A stretch of 63,945 nucleotides of DNA, filler included, from Pseudomonadota bacterium (lineage in GTDB: Bacteria > Desulfobacterota > Desulfobacteria > Desulfobacterales > JBDRRP01): the NCBI GenBank assembly GCA_043825735.1. It is 9 parts of 9 records of this genome, joined end to end, with 100 filler letters (N's around TTAATTAATTAA, not from the genome) between each part and the next. Parts side by side here need not be neighbours in the genome. Positions count along the whole stretch, not along the records: positions 35,212 to 49,511 come from JBDRRP010000127.1; 8 more parts are not named here. One strand, given 5' to 3'. Positions 37,780 to 48,071 of the stretch are shown piece by piece. Within the stretch, counting starts at the first letter, position 1; the number at the start of each line of letters is the position of its first letter. The notes beneath the pieces were generated by a model. The model saw only the letters and a program-made list of their open reading frames with translations, was not told the DNA's origin and made no database searches. Position numbers and translations under genes: made by a program.

Positions 37780-39366
37780 ATGACCGAGCCGGTACTGCTT
37801 TACGACACCACACTGCGAGACGGCACCCAGGGTGAGAACATCAGCTTCAGCGCCGATGAAAAACTCCTCATCGCCCAGCGGCTCGACGACGCCGGGATCC
37901 AGTACATCGAGGGCGGCTGGCCAGGTTCCAACCCGCGGGACATGGCCTTTTTCAAGCTGGCCCAACGCGCCGCTTTCTCACAGGCTCGGCTGGTGGCCTT
38001 CGGGGCGACCTGTCGACCGAACACACCGGCCGGGCAGGACGCCAATCTGACCGCACTGCTGGAAAGCGAGACCGAAACGGTGGCCATTTTTGGAAAAAGC
38101 TGGGACCTGCATGTGGAACAGATCATGGGCGCTTCCCTGGATGAGAACTTGCGCATGATCCGCGACTCGGTGGCCACGCTAAAAGCGGCCGGCCGGGAAA
38201 TCATTTATGACGCCGAACACTTCTTCGACGGATACGCGGCCAACCGGGAGTATGCCATGCGCACGCTGCGTGCCGCTGCCGATGCGGGCGCCGATGCCCT
38301 GGTGCTCTGCGACACCAACGGCGGCACCCTGCCCCATGATATCGAAGCGATTGTCGCCGTAGTGAAAGAGGCAACCCACCATCGCCTGGGGATCCACGCC
38401 CACAACGACACCGGTCTGGCAGTGGCTAACACCATCGGCGCCGTGCGTGCCGGCGCCACCATGGTACACGGCACCATCAACGGATACGGAGAGCGCTGCG
38501 GCAATGCGGACCTGACCTCCATCATCCCTATCCTCGCCGTAAAGATGCATGTGCCGTGCATCACACCGGCAAACCTGAAAAAAATCAAAAAGCTCTCCCG
38601 CTTCGTCAGTGAAACGGCCAATCAGGTGCCCCTCAGCTCACGACCGTTCGTTGGCGAAAGCGCGTTCGCCCACAAGGGCGGCATCCATGTCAGTGCGGTC
38701 ATGAAAGCGGCTCGCGCATATGAGCACATGGATCCGGAACTCGTTGGAAACCGACGCCGGGTGCTGGTGAGCGACCTGTCAGGAAAAAGCAACATCGAAT
38801 ACAAGGCCCGTGAACTGGGCGTCGAACTGGATGCCAACGGATGTGACAGCCGCAAGATCGTTTCCGAAATTAAACAGTTGGAAGAGCAAGGGTATTCTTT
38901 CGACGTGGCCGACGGATCGTTTAAAATCCTGGTTCAAAAATTCACAGAGCAGTTTCAGCCCCTTTTCGATCTGGAATCCTTCCGCGTGAGCATTGAAAAG
39001 GACAAGGAAAAGCCCTGCACCGCCCATGCCACCATAAAAATTGCGGTCGGCGGTCGTCATGAAATCACCGCCGCCGAAGGGCTTGGTCCGGTCAGTGCCC
39101 TGGACAACGCCCTGAGAAAGGCACTGGGCCAGTTCTACCCCGATCTGGATGCCATGCGGCTGGTGGACTTCAAGGTGCGGGTCATTGACGGTCGCGAGGG
39201 CACGGCGGCGCGCGTTCGGGTCATGATCGAGTCCCGAGACCACGAAGACATTTGGAGTACCATCGGGGTTTCCGAAGACATCATCGAAGCCAGCTGGATG
39301 GCGCTGGCCGACAGCTTCCAATATAAACTTGAAAAAAACAACAGGCTCGCTCAGGTAACGCCATGA
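37780..39366 (+). CDS. cimA: Citramalate synthase
   Basis: YDTTLRDGTQGE, EGGWPGSNP, FGKSWDLHV, AFAHKGGIH, WSTIGVSEDII. Confidence 0.9.
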   Translation: MTEPVLLYDTTLRDGTQGENISFSADEKLLIAQRLDDAGIQYIEGGWPGSNPRDMAFFKLAQRAAFSQARLVAFGATCRPNTPAGQDANLTALLESETETVAIFGKSWDLHVEQIMGASLDENLRMIRDSVATLKAAGREIIYDAEHFFDGYAANREYAMRTLRAAADAGADALVLCDTNGGTLPHDIEAIVAVVKEATHHRLGIHAHNDTGLAVANTIGAVRAGATMVHGTINGYGERCGNADLTSIIPILAVKMHVPCITPANLKKIKKLSRFVSETANQVPLSSRPFVGESAFAHKGGIHVSAVMKAARAYEHMDPELVGNRRRVLVSDLSGKSNIEYKARELGVELDANGCDSRKIVSEIKQLEEQGYSFDVADGSFKILVQKFTEQFQPLFDLESFRVSIEKDKEKPCTAHATIKIAVGGRHEITAAEGLGPVSALDNALRKALGQFYPDLDAMRLVDFKVRVIDGREGTAARVRVMIESRDHEDIWSTIGVSEDIIEASWMALADSFQYKLEKNNRLAQVTP

Positions 39367-39661
39367 CATCAATCGTATTGCATCCGCTCTCTGGAGATAA
39401 CCACGCCGCAGGCTACCGGCAGCACATCGCACCGGCCCTGCGGCGCATGCTCCGTACTTGAATGGTTTACCACGAAGAGCACGAAGGCCACGAAGAGTAA
39501 CTTTTACAGCTATTGGCAATAAAATGCTTCGTGAACTTGGTGGTGATCAAACAGCGGCTAATAGACAGCGGTCGTTGAAACGAGACTGGGCTTCATAGAG
39601 AAGCGAATAATGGACTTTACGGATATTAGAGCATAGAGATGCGAAGAACAGGAGAGCACAT

Positions 39662-41200
39662 ATGAGCGAACGTGTCATTGTTTTCGATACCACGCTGCGC
39701 GACGGCGAGCAGTCCCCCGGCGCCAGCATGAACACCGCCGAAAAAGTAAGACTGGCCAGCCAGCTTGAAAAACTGGGAGTGGACGTTTTGGAGGCTGGGT
39801 TTCCGGCCGCCTCTGAAGGGGATTTCGAATCGGTCAGTCAGATCGCCAGAAAGGTCAAGCGCATGGAAGTGACCGGCCTGGCACGGGCCACCAAAAGCGA
39901 TATCGACAAGGCCTGGGGGGCGGTTCAACATGCGGTAAACCCGCGCATTCACACCTTTATCGCCACCTCCGATATCCATCTCGTCCACAAGCTGCGCATG
40001 GACAGGGAGCAGGTGGTAACGGCGGCCATTGAGGCTGTCCGGTATGCCAAGACTTTCACCGACAACGTGGAGTTTTCCGCCGAGGACGGTTCCCGCTCCG
40101 ATCGGGACTACCTGTGCCGCGTCTTTGAAGCGGCCATCGCCGCCGGCGCAACCACCGTCAACCTGCCGGACACCGTGGGCTACGCCATCCCCCAGGAATT
40201 CGGCGAGTTGGTGAAGTACGTCATGACCCACACGCCCAACATCCACCAGGCGGTAATGAGCATTCACTGCCACAACGACCTGGGGCTGGCCACGGCCAAC
40301 ACCCTGGCCGCCATCGCCAACGGCGCGCGTCAGGCCGAAGTGACCATCAACGGCATCGGGGAGCGCGCCGGCAATACCTCCTTGGAAGAAGTGGTGATGG
40401 CCATGCACACGCGTCCCAACTTCATCCCGCTGGCCACCAACATCCACACCGAGTACATCTACCCCACCAGCCGGCTGGTGAGCATGATCACCGGCATCAT
40501 CGTCCAGCCCAACAAGGCCATCGTGGGGGCCAACGCCTTTGCCCATGAAGCGGGCATCCACCAGGACGGCGTACTGAAAAACCCCATGACCTACGAGATC
40601 ATGAAGCCGGAAACCATTGGACTCAACACCAACAAGCTGGTTCTCGGCAAACATTCCGGTCGCCACGCCCTGCGCGACCGTCTCAAGGAGATGGGCTACG
40701 ACATGAGCGACGAGGAGCTCAACCAGGTGTTCACCCGGTTCAAAGAATTGGCCGACAAGAAAAAACACGTGGTGGATGAAGACCTGGAAGTCATCGTGAC
40801 CGAGGGCTTTTTGCGCACTGCCGATATCTTCAAACTGGACTATCTACACGTGGCCGCCGGCACTACCGTCATGCCCATGGCCAGCGTACAGATGACAGTG
40901 AACGGACGCATGGTAAGGGGCGCCGAATACGGCAACGGACCTATCGACGCATCGTTCAACACCATCGCCAAGCTCACCGGCACCTCTTCTGAGCTGCTCC
41001 GGTTCACGGTCAGCGCCCTGACCGGCGGCACTGATGCCCAGGGCGAGGTCACCGTTCGACTGCGCGAAAACGGGCTGGTGTCTCTGGGCAAGGGCGCCGA
41101 TCCGGATATCATCACCGCCAGCGCCAAGGCCTACGTCAACGGTTTGAACCGGATGGAATACCTCAAAGCGCACCCGGTGCAGGCCGCGCAGTCGGTGTAG
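39662..41200 (+). CDS. leuA: 2-isopropylmalate synthase
   Basis: DTTLRDGEQSPG, HCHNDLG, GERAGN, HEAGIHQDG, GNGPIDA. Confidence 0.95.
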   Translation: MSERVIVFDTTLRDGEQSPGASMNTAEKVRLASQLEKLGVDVLEAGFPAASEGDFESVSQIARKVKRMEVTGLARATKSDIDKAWGAVQHAVNPRIHTFIATSDIHLVHKLRMDREQVVTAAIEAVRYAKTFTDNVEFSAEDGSRSDRDYLCRVFEAAIAAGATTVNLPDTVGYAIPQEFGELVKYVMTHTPNIHQAVMSIHCHNDLGLATANTLAAIANGARQAEVTINGIGERAGNTSLEEVVMAMHTRPNFIPLATNIHTEYIYPTSRLVSMITGIIVQPNKAIVGANAFAHEAGIHQDGVLKNPMTYEIMKPETIGLNTNKLVLGKHSGRHALRDRLKEMGYDMSDEELNQVFTRFKELADKKKHVVDEDLEVIVTEGFLRTADIFKLDYLHVAAGTTVMPMASVQMTVNGRMVRGAEYGNGPIDASFNTIAKLTGTSSELLRFTVSALTGGTDAQGEVTVRLRENGLVSLGKGADPDIITASAKAYVNGLNRMEYLKAHPVQAAQSV

Positions 41201-41221
41201 CACAGGGCACCTGAAAATCAG

Positions 41222-41257
41222 ACCGGCGCTGTCGATTCGGCAGCGCCGGTTTTCTTT
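41222..41257 (+). terminator. Rho-independent terminator after leuA
   Basis: ACCGGCGCTGTCG-ATT-CGGCAGCGCCGGT followed by TTTCTTT. Confidence 0.8.
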
Positions 41258-41299
41258 CTGCCTGTGGCTGAAAAGAGAAAATCACAAGCAAAAATAATT

Positions 41300-41790
41300 G
41301 ACAGGATTAACAGGATATACAGGATATACAGGATGGAAGCGGCCTGCGGCCGAAAAGCAACTGCAAGGGCAAGGGCGAATTAACCGCAGATTACACGGAT
41401 TACGCAGATGGGCGGCCTGCGGCCGGAGGGCAACTGCAAGGGCAAGGGCGAATTAACACGGTTCAACCCGTCGTCATGCCGGGCTTGATCCGGCATCCAG
41501 AGATCGCTTCGGAGCAACCTGGATCCCGGCCTTCGCCGGGATGACGTCGGAGGCATGATTGGTCTATCGGTTTGCTTTCAACACCAGATCAAACGGCACA
41601 TTATTCGGACAAGCGCTCTAACAGCTCATCAGCTGCTTTCCGGCCGACTTGTCCGCCGTAGCTCGTAGAGCGAAGGTGGAAGGCCGCCCAGTCGCGTCAT
41701 CTGCGGTTAAATCTCTTTGCAGTGGGTGTGCCCGGCCGCAGGCCGCCTAACTGTTATCTGCGTTTATCAGCGTTCCTCCGCGTCCCATTA
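41300..41790. repeat. Cluster of nested repeats (ACAGGAT 9-mers, GGCCTGCGGCC hairpins, CGTC-type REP at 41472-41546)
   Basis: CGTCATGCCGGGCTTGATCCGGCATCCA...TGGATCCCGGCCTTCGCCGGGATGACG; flanking CGCAGAT and ATCTGCG arms. Confidence 0.75.
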
Positions 41791-41898
41791 TAAAAAAACG
41801 CAATTATCTACAAATTAAAGGCGCGGCCCCGTTGCCATGGCGCTGCCCGGTGCACGCTTTTTGGAGTAGATCAGCCCGTTATCGTTTATCCATCTTTC

Positions 41899-41959
41899 TT
41901 TCGTGTGTTTCGTGTGTTTCGTGTGTTTCGTGTGTTTCGTGTGTTTCGTGTGTTTCGTG
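41899..41959. repeat. Tandem 9-mer array (TTTCGTGTG) x6.8
   Basis: Read directly from the sequence. Confidence 0.95.
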
Positions 41960-41991
41960 GTTTATGGTTCTTTTTTGGTAGATAAGCACGT

Positions 41992-42025
41992 AAAAAAACG
42001 GGGCACCGACTCCGGTGCCCCGTTT
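41992..42025 (-). terminator. Rho-independent terminator
   Basis: AAAAAAACGGGGCACCG-ACTC-CGGTGCCCCGTTT downstream of the minus-strand gene. Confidence 0.85.
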
Positions 42026-42051
42026 GAAACGATTCAACGCCTGCGAGGCGC

Positions 42052-42630
42052 CTATTTTTTGAGATAACCGTCGCGCATACCCCGGTCGGCCTTTTCGCCG
42101 AAATTGTAGGTGAAGTACATCCGGATGAAGTCCGGATCGGTAATGGTCCCTTTCTCTTCCCCCTGGAACACCAGAGTCAGCCCTTTACCGGGGACATAGG
42201 TGGTCACCGATGTCTTTCCATCAGCCATGTCCTTGTCCAGCCATGATGCGTAAAGCTTGATGTTCGCCTGCTGCGCTTTGACCAGTTCCGGCGGATTGGC
42301 CTCTTCGATGGCTTCGATGAATCCTTCCTGAAGCTTGGGCGCGGTCGCCTTGCTGGTGAGATAATGCAAATAGAATTGTTTCACTTGATCCGATGCGATA
42401 GCTTCCTCCGGGCTGCTGGTTGGGCGCTCCAGGTAAAATCCGCCGGCAAACACTTTGACGAAACCGAATTTTTTGCGCAACCCGACGCCGTTGAGTAAGA
42501 GCGTCTTTCCATCAACGATTTTTTCCCCCGGGAATTTAACGTCGGCGATGGTCATATCGCCGGCTATCGCCGGTGCCGTCACGGCAAGCACCATCACCAT
42601 CACCAACCCCCATCTGATACACGGCTTCAT
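42052..42630 (-). CDS. Chalcone isomerase-like family periplasmic protein
   Basis: Signal peptide, LLLNGVGLRKKF..VKVF, YVPGKG. Confidence 0.8.
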   Translation of the reverse strand: MKPCIRWGLVMVMVLAVTAPAIAGDMTIADVKFPGEKIVDGKTLLLNGVGLRKKFGFVKVFAGGFYLERPTSSPEEAIASDQVKQFYLHYLTSKATAPKLQEGFIEAIEEANPPELVKAQQANIKLYASWLDKDMADGKTSVTTYVPGKGLTLVFQGEEKGTITDPDFIRMYFTYNFGEKADRGMRDGYLKK

Positions 42631-42995
42631 TGACACACACCCCCCTCTTCAAGATCGTAAATATTCGGAGTGGGTTAGACAGCCGCCGACCGGCTGTTTG
42701 CCTCCCCCCCGGTTGCTCCGCTCCGGTGCCCCCTGCACCGGGGTAACACTCGCTGTTTGACATGAAAAAATCAACTTGTTGTAACGAATTACTTAATCCC
42801 CTTCTCTATGAAGCGGCAGTTTAGCGTCAAAGCCCGGTGTACCCGATGACATTGTAATCACCACGGAGTCACGGAGGGCACGGAGAAATGCAAAAGAAGG
42901 TGATGTTGACACTAAAATCTCCGTGTCCTCCGTGACTCCGTGGTTCAACATCACTTTGGGAAAAGACCAACTGGAGATTTATGGGCAACCGTCTA

Positions 42996-43739
42996 CTATT
43001 TTTTAAGCAACCGTTTGGCCCAATCGGCGTAGTAGGTGTCGTCGGATGCCGCAGCCTTTTCAAGCAGGCCGGTGGCCTCGGTTCTGTTTTCAGCCCCGCC
43101 GATATCCCGCAGCAGTTCGGCCATGAACACATACGCCTCGGCATTGTCGGCGAAAAAAGGCGTCGCCTGAAACTCTTGGTAGTACTCCAGAGACTTGTCC
43201 TTGTCTTTGAGCGGCCAGGGGAGCACGGCCCAAAACCGCGCCAGTGAAAGGATCGGACCGCCCTTGTTGTAGTTCTTGTCCAACCGGTAGGCTGCTTCAA
43301 AACTGGTCTGGGTTTTATCCTTCAGGCCTTCACTCAAAGCGGTGAAAATGCTCACCCCGTCTGAGTAGACGCCCACACTGAGCCCGTAGTAATACTGCCC
43401 CTCCACCTTGTCCGGCGCCAGTTCAACCGCTTTGGCGGCATAGGCCATGGCCTTTTTTCCGTACGTGGCACACAGATCCTTCCACCCCTCGGTGCCATTT
43501 TTCTTGGCCTTGTTGCCGTAGTCGCGATTGGCGCGGGCGCATTTCCAGTTGGCGGTGTAGTCATCGGGTTGAGCGCTCAGCGCCTGCTCGTACAATGCGA
43601 TGGCCTTGAGATAGTTGTCGGCACCGCCTTGAGCGTAAAAGGCGTCGGCCTGTTCCAACACATCGGCCGCAGGCAGCGGCACGGCCGCGAACAGCAGCAG
43701 CAGCAGCAGCAGACAAACCAAACTTAACCAGTGTTTCAT
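42996..43739 (-). CDS. Secreted TPR-like helical repeat protein
   Basis: Poly-Leu signal peptide encoded by (CTG)7; TPR-like helices. Confidence 0.75.
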   Translation of the reverse strand: MKHWLSLVCLLLLLLLFAAVPLPAADVLEQADAFYAQGGADNYLKAIALYEQALSAQPDDYTANWKCARANRDYGNKAKKNGTEGWKDLCATYGKKAMAYAAKAVELAPDKVEGQYYYGLSVGVYSDGVSIFTALSEGLKDKTQTSFEAAYRLDKNYNKGGPILSLARFWAVLPWPLKDKDKSLEYYQEFQATPFFADNAEAYVFMAELLRDIGGAENRTEATGLLEKAAASDDTYYADWAKRLLKK

Positions 43740-43981
43740 CTTCCCCCTCCATAGCAAACGGTTATTATAGCCGTAAAGCGCCTCCCGAGCCCACCCCGCA
43801 TCGCCCCCCAAAAGCGTTGCGCTGACCGCTGACGGTCCACATTCCAGCGGAAAACGCCAGAATTGATGAGCATGTAAAAAACTGAGATCACCACAGAGGA
43901 CGCAGTGAGTGCAGAGACAACTTATAAATTATTCGGTGCATTCTCTGCGGTCCGCTCTGCGTTCTCTGTGGTTCAATTTGA

Positions 43982-44449
43982 TTAGTCGCCCATCTCCGCC
44001 ATGTAATCGTCGTACGTGGTCTCCAAAAAGAGCTTGTGTTTGGCTTCTTCCTGACAGAGCACTTTGAAAAGCTTTTTCGATGCGTCGTCCTGGGCATTGG
44101 CCAACAACTGGTTATAGAGCTCGAGCGCTTTTTCTTCCCGTTTGGCGGCGAGCATCAGCAACGCGTTATATGCCATCCCCGGCTCATAAGTCAGATCGAC
44201 AACGAAGTTGCTGCGCTTGATGTCGGTAATCCACTTGAGTTTGTATTCTTTCACGCCTTCAACAACCCCGCCGGAGACCATCTGCTTGAGCATCTTCTCG
44301 TGCTTCTTTTCCTGGCCTGCGAACTCAAGAAGCATTTCCTTGATGCCGGACATGGACTCCATGGCGGCGCATTCGGTATAAAACGCAGCCGCTTCAGACT
44401 CTTTTTCAATAGCAAAATCCAGAATTTCCTTAATCGTTTTGAATCCCAT
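43982..44449 (-). CDS. Rubrerythrin/ferritin-like protein
   Basis: AIEKE..AAAFY, EKKH and EEAKH di-iron motifs. Confidence 0.88.
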   Translation of the reverse strand: MGFKTIKEILDFAIEKESEAAAFYTECAAMESMSGIKEMLLEFAGQEKKHEKMLKQMVSGGVVEGVKEYKLKWITDIKRSNFVVDLTYEPGMAYNALLMLAAKREEKALELYNQLLANAQDDASKKLFKVLCQEEAKHKLFLETTYDDYMAEMGD

Positions 44450-44486
44450 GAAAATCTCCTTTCCCTTTATCTGGACGGACAATAGT

Positions 44487-44634
44487 TAGTGCCCATCCAT
44501 AAACGGCATCTTTTGGCCCAGAGCGGCGTTTTCGCACTTTTCGAAATCCTCGAAATAGCGCTGCTATTCCTCCGGTTTCGAAAATGCTCAAGCCTTGCTC
44601 TGAACCAAAATCTACCATTTCTGGACGGACACTA
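44487..44634. mobile_element. 148-bp MITE-like element
   Basis: TAGTGCCCATCCATAAACGG...CCATTTCTGGACGGACACTA imperfect TIRs; related to the elements at 15191, 22018 and 45962. Confidence 0.75.
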
Positions 44635-44644
44635 TTTTGGCTAT

Positions 44645-45571
44645 CTAACCACACTGCAACGAACCAATGATCTCTGCAATGTTCTCAATCCCCTCTGCGT
44701 CCATAAATGCGCCAATCCCGTCGATAATTTCCATACTCGCTCGGGGATTGACGAAATTGGCGGTACCCACCTGGACCGCGGTGGCTCCGGCCATGAGAAA
44801 TTCGAGGGCATCTTCGGCCGTCATGATGCCGCCCAGCCCCACCACCGGGATCTTTACGGCGCCCGCCACCTGCCAGACCATCCGAAGCGCCACGGGTTTG
44901 ATGGCCGGCCCGGAAAGCCCCCCCGTGATGTTGGCCAGTCGAGGCCGGCGGGTGCGGATATCGATGGCCATTCCGGCAATGGTGTTGATTAGGGAAATGG
45001 CATCGGCGCCGGCGCCTTCCACAGCCCTGGCGATTTCGGTAATGTCGGTCACGTTGGGGCTCAACTTGACCATGAGCGGTTTTCCGGTGCGCGCGCGCAC
45101 CGCGCGGGTCACCGTAGCGGCCATCTCAGGATGAACGCCGAAGGCCACACCGCCGGCGCTCACATTGGGGCAGGAGATGTTGATCTCGATGCCCGCCACC
45201 GCGTCGAGACTGTCGATACGCTCTGCCAGTCGGGCATAGGCATCGACGCTCTTGCCGTAAATGTTTACCCATGACGGCACCGACAACCGTTTCAGAAACG
45301 GCAGTTTGGTGTCGATAAACCCGTCGATGCCGACGTTCTCCAGCCCGATGGCATTTAGCATGCCGCAGGCGGTCTCAACAATACGCGGCGGCGGATTGCC
45401 TCGGCTGGGTTCCAGGGAAATGCCTTTGACGATGATCGCGCCCAGCCGGTCAAGCTCCAGCAGGTCGTCAAACTCCATTGCGTAACCGAAAGTTCCCGAT
45501 GCCGTCATGACTGGGTTTTTGAGAACCAGACCGCCGATATCAACCGAGAGTCGCGGGGGTGTCACCGTCAT
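44645..45571 (-). CDS. pyrD: Dihydroorotate dehydrogenase class 1B catalytic subunit
   Basis: [36 protein letters not shown]. Confidence 0.93.
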   Translation of the reverse strand: MTVTPPRLSVDIGGLVLKNPVMTASGTFGYAMEFDDLLELDRLGAIIVKGISLEPSRGNPPPRIVETACGMLNAIGLENVGIDGFIDTKLPFLKRLSVPSWVNIYGKSVDAYARLAERIDSLDAVAGIEINISCPNVSAGGVAFGVHPEMAATVTRAVRARTGKPLMVKLSPNVTDITEIARAVEGAGADAISLINTIAGMAIDIRTRRPRLANITGGLSGPAIKPVALRMVWQVAGAVKIPVVGLGGIMTAEDALEFLMAGATAVQVGTANFVNPRASMEIIDGIGAFMDAEGIENIAEIIGSLQCG

Positions 45572-45985
45572 GAGTTTGTGGTCCGTTCGGCAATGGATGC
45601 GCAGTGATCGTCGTCATTTTGCCGGCACGCCGTCTTTTCTCTGCGTCCCTGCGCCTCTGCGCGAAAACGGTTTTTGATTTTATCCGGAATCTTAGTGTCC
45701 TTCTTGCCTTATCACGGCCGTTGTCCCGCCATGACCGACTCGGAATAGGCAACGCGACTAATCGCCAGTAGAACCACAGCGTACTCACAGACAACGGCTG
45801 TGGCACGAGGATGGCAGAAGCTATATGGGCTCGCGCAGAGACGCTGAGACGCAGAGAACACCTTTTGGGCTGCTCTCATGGTGCCTGCGGCGTCTTGTCA
45901 GCAGGTGCCGGCGCGGGTCAGCCTGAACCATACCATAACTGCCGAATCATCCACAACACAGTAGTGTCCATCCACAGGGGTTATA

Positions 45986-46239
45986 TGCCGGCTTCGCCGG
46001 CGTCAATTGCTCGCTGCGCTCGCTGTCATATGGTCGCTGCGCGACCGTCACATGTCGGCTCCGCCGACGTCAATACGCTTCGCTGTCAATGACGCGCCGC
46101 CAGGTGCAAGTGACGGTCGCGCAGCGACCAATTGACGCCCCGAAGGGGCATTTGACGCGCCGCCAGGCGCAAGTGACGCGTCGCAGACGCAATTGACGTG
46201 CCGCAGGCACAATTGACGTTCGCGCAGCGAACAACTGAC
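45986..46239. repeat. Modular mini-hairpin array B (same vocabulary as array A, inverted, different order)
   Basis: GTCA-NN-TG linkers; junction matches that of array A at 20 of 21 nt. Confidence 0.9.
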
Positions 46240-46279
46240 GCCACATCGGGAACCAAAACCGACACCCTGTGAGCAGCAA

Positions 46280-47575
46280 CTATTTTGTGCCCGCCAGGGC
46301 GCCCATCACTTCAGCGGCTGCTGCCACCGTCTGGGTGATGTCCGCATCACTGTGGGCCAGGGATACGAAGGCCGCTTCGAACTGGGAAGGCGCCAGGTAG
46401 ATGCCGCGTTCTCGCATGCCGGCATAGTAGGCACAGAACCGGTCCAGGTTACTGGTTTTGGCGCTCGCGAAATCATGCACCGCATTGGCGGTAAAAAACA
46501 TCCCCAGCATGGATCCCACCCGGTCGACGGCCACGGGGATGCCGGCATCCGCAGCCGCCCGTGACAGCCCGGCGGCCAGTGCCGCAGTGGCCGCATCAAG
46601 CCGTTCATAGACACCGGGTTTTGCCAGTTCGCGGAGGGTGGCGATGCCGGCGGTCATGGCCAGGGGATTTCCGGAAAGCGTACCGGCTTGATAAACGGGG
46701 CCCTGAGGTGCGATCAGTTGCATCAGGTCGCGGCGGCCGCCATAGGCCCCCACCGGCAACCCGCCGCCGATCACCTTGGCAAGACAGGTAAGATCCGGCA
46801 TGACCCCGTAAAGCGTCTGGGCGCCGCCGTAGGCTACCCGAAAGCCGGTCATGACTTCGTCAAAAACAAGCAGGCTGCCCGCGCGCGTGCAGATATCGCG
46901 CAGGCCCTGCAAAAACCCATCCACCGGTGACACCAGGCCCATGTTCCCTGCCACCGGCTCGACGATGATGCAGGCGACATCGCTGCCGCGTGCCGCCATA
47001 ACCCGCTCGACCGCGTCCAGATCGTTGTAGGGCAGACTCAAGGTAAGGGCCGCGATTGCGTCGGGGATCCCGGGGCTGCCGGGGATGGCAAGGGTGGCCA
47101 CTCCGGAGCCGGCATCCACCAGCAGGGTGTCGGCGTGACCGTGATAACAACCATCGAACTTGATGATCAGCGGCCGTCCGGTCGCTCCCCGTGCCAGCCG
47201 GACGGTGCTCATGGTGGCCTCGGTCCCCGAATTCACCATGCGCACCACGTCAATGGACGGCACGGCGTCGACGATCATGCGGGCCAGTTCGATTTCCAGA
47301 TCCGTGGGCGCCCCGAAACTCGTCCCCCGATCCAGGACCAAAGAGAGTGCCTTCATTACAGCCGGGTGGCGATGACCGAGAATCATGGGGCCCCAGGAAC
47401 CGACGTAATCGATATAGCCGTTGCCGTCGACATCGTAGATGCGGGAGCCCTCGGCGCGGTCGATGAACAGCGGCGTGGCCCCTACGGCGCGGCAGGCCCG
47501 GACCGGGCTGTTGACGCCGCCGGGAATAATGGCGCTGGCCGTTTCAAACAGACTGCAGGACTTTTCATGTTTCAT
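46280..47575 (-). CDS. hemL: Glutamate-1-semialdehyde 2,1-aminomutase
   Basis: PGGVNSPVRA, SGTEAT, FDEVMTGFR, YQAGTLSGNP, APSQFE. Confidence 0.96.
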   Translation of the reverse strand: MKHEKSCSLFETASAIIPGGVNSPVRACRAVGATPLFIDRAEGSRIYDVDGNGYIDYVGSWGPMILGHRHPAVMKALSLVLDRGTSFGAPTDLEIELARMIVDAVPSIDVVRMVNSGTEATMSTVRLARGATGRPLIIKFDGCYHGHADTLLVDAGSGVATLAIPGSPGIPDAIAALTLSLPYNDLDAVERVMAARGSDVACIIVEPVAGNMGLVSPVDGFLQGLRDICTRAGSLLVFDEVMTGFRVAYGGAQTLYGVMPDLTCLAKVIGGGLPVGAYGGRRDLMQLIAPQGPVYQAGTLSGNPLAMTAGIATLRELAKPGVYERLDAATAALAAGLSRAAADAGIPVAVDRVGSMLGMFFTANAVHDFASAKTSNLDRFCAYYAGMRERGIYLAPSQFEAAFVSLAHSDADITQTVAAAAEVMGALAGTK

Positions 47576-47749
47576 GGCGACGCGCGCTCCTTCCATGATG
47601 ACGGGATTTGGCAAAGATAGGGTTACGGCCGGCACGGCCCGCAAGAGAACCGCACCGGTTTCCAGGCTCACCTACTATCGCTGGGAATCGCTTGTCAATA
47701 GACGCCGGAGTTGATTTCGGTGCGCGAGAGATCTATACCTGTCATTAAC

Positions 47750-48032
47750 GTTGATGAATCCGAAAAAAAGCAATTTTCTCGCAAAGACGCCAAGTTCGCC
47801 AAGAAAAACATTTTACGCTTATGCATAATGCTCCAGTCGGTCTCTTCCCAAAGTGATGTTGAAACCAGTCATGGAGGGCACGGAGATTTATAATTCATAT
47901 CTCGCGCAGAGGCGCAGGGAAAAACACTCGCGCAATTCAATTTCCCGCAGTTCTCTGCGTCTCCGCGTCTCTGCGCGAGAACATCTTTTTGGGTTAAAAA
48001 CCCTTCGCGTGCTCCGTAAACTTCGTGGTCAT
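47750..48032. repeat. Composite palindromic repeats (CGCAAAG / CACGGAG / CGCAGAG families)
   Basis: Related to 2543-2640, 25950-26047, 42858-42960 and 45638-45860. Confidence 0.7.
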
Positions 48033-48071
48033 CAAAAAGGACAGTTAGGAAATCGCCATTGGGGATACCTC

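Noticed and set aside
36604..40768. Long antisense ORFs opposite ilvC and leuA (also opposite the crotonase, ABC, rlmI and cheW genes)
   Set aside because: Typical shadow ORFs of high-GC3 coding strands that have clearly identified products
43692..43712. (CAG)7 tract as a phase-variation switch
   Set aside because: A trinucleotide repeat encoding poly-Leu in a signal peptide; slippage would keep the frame
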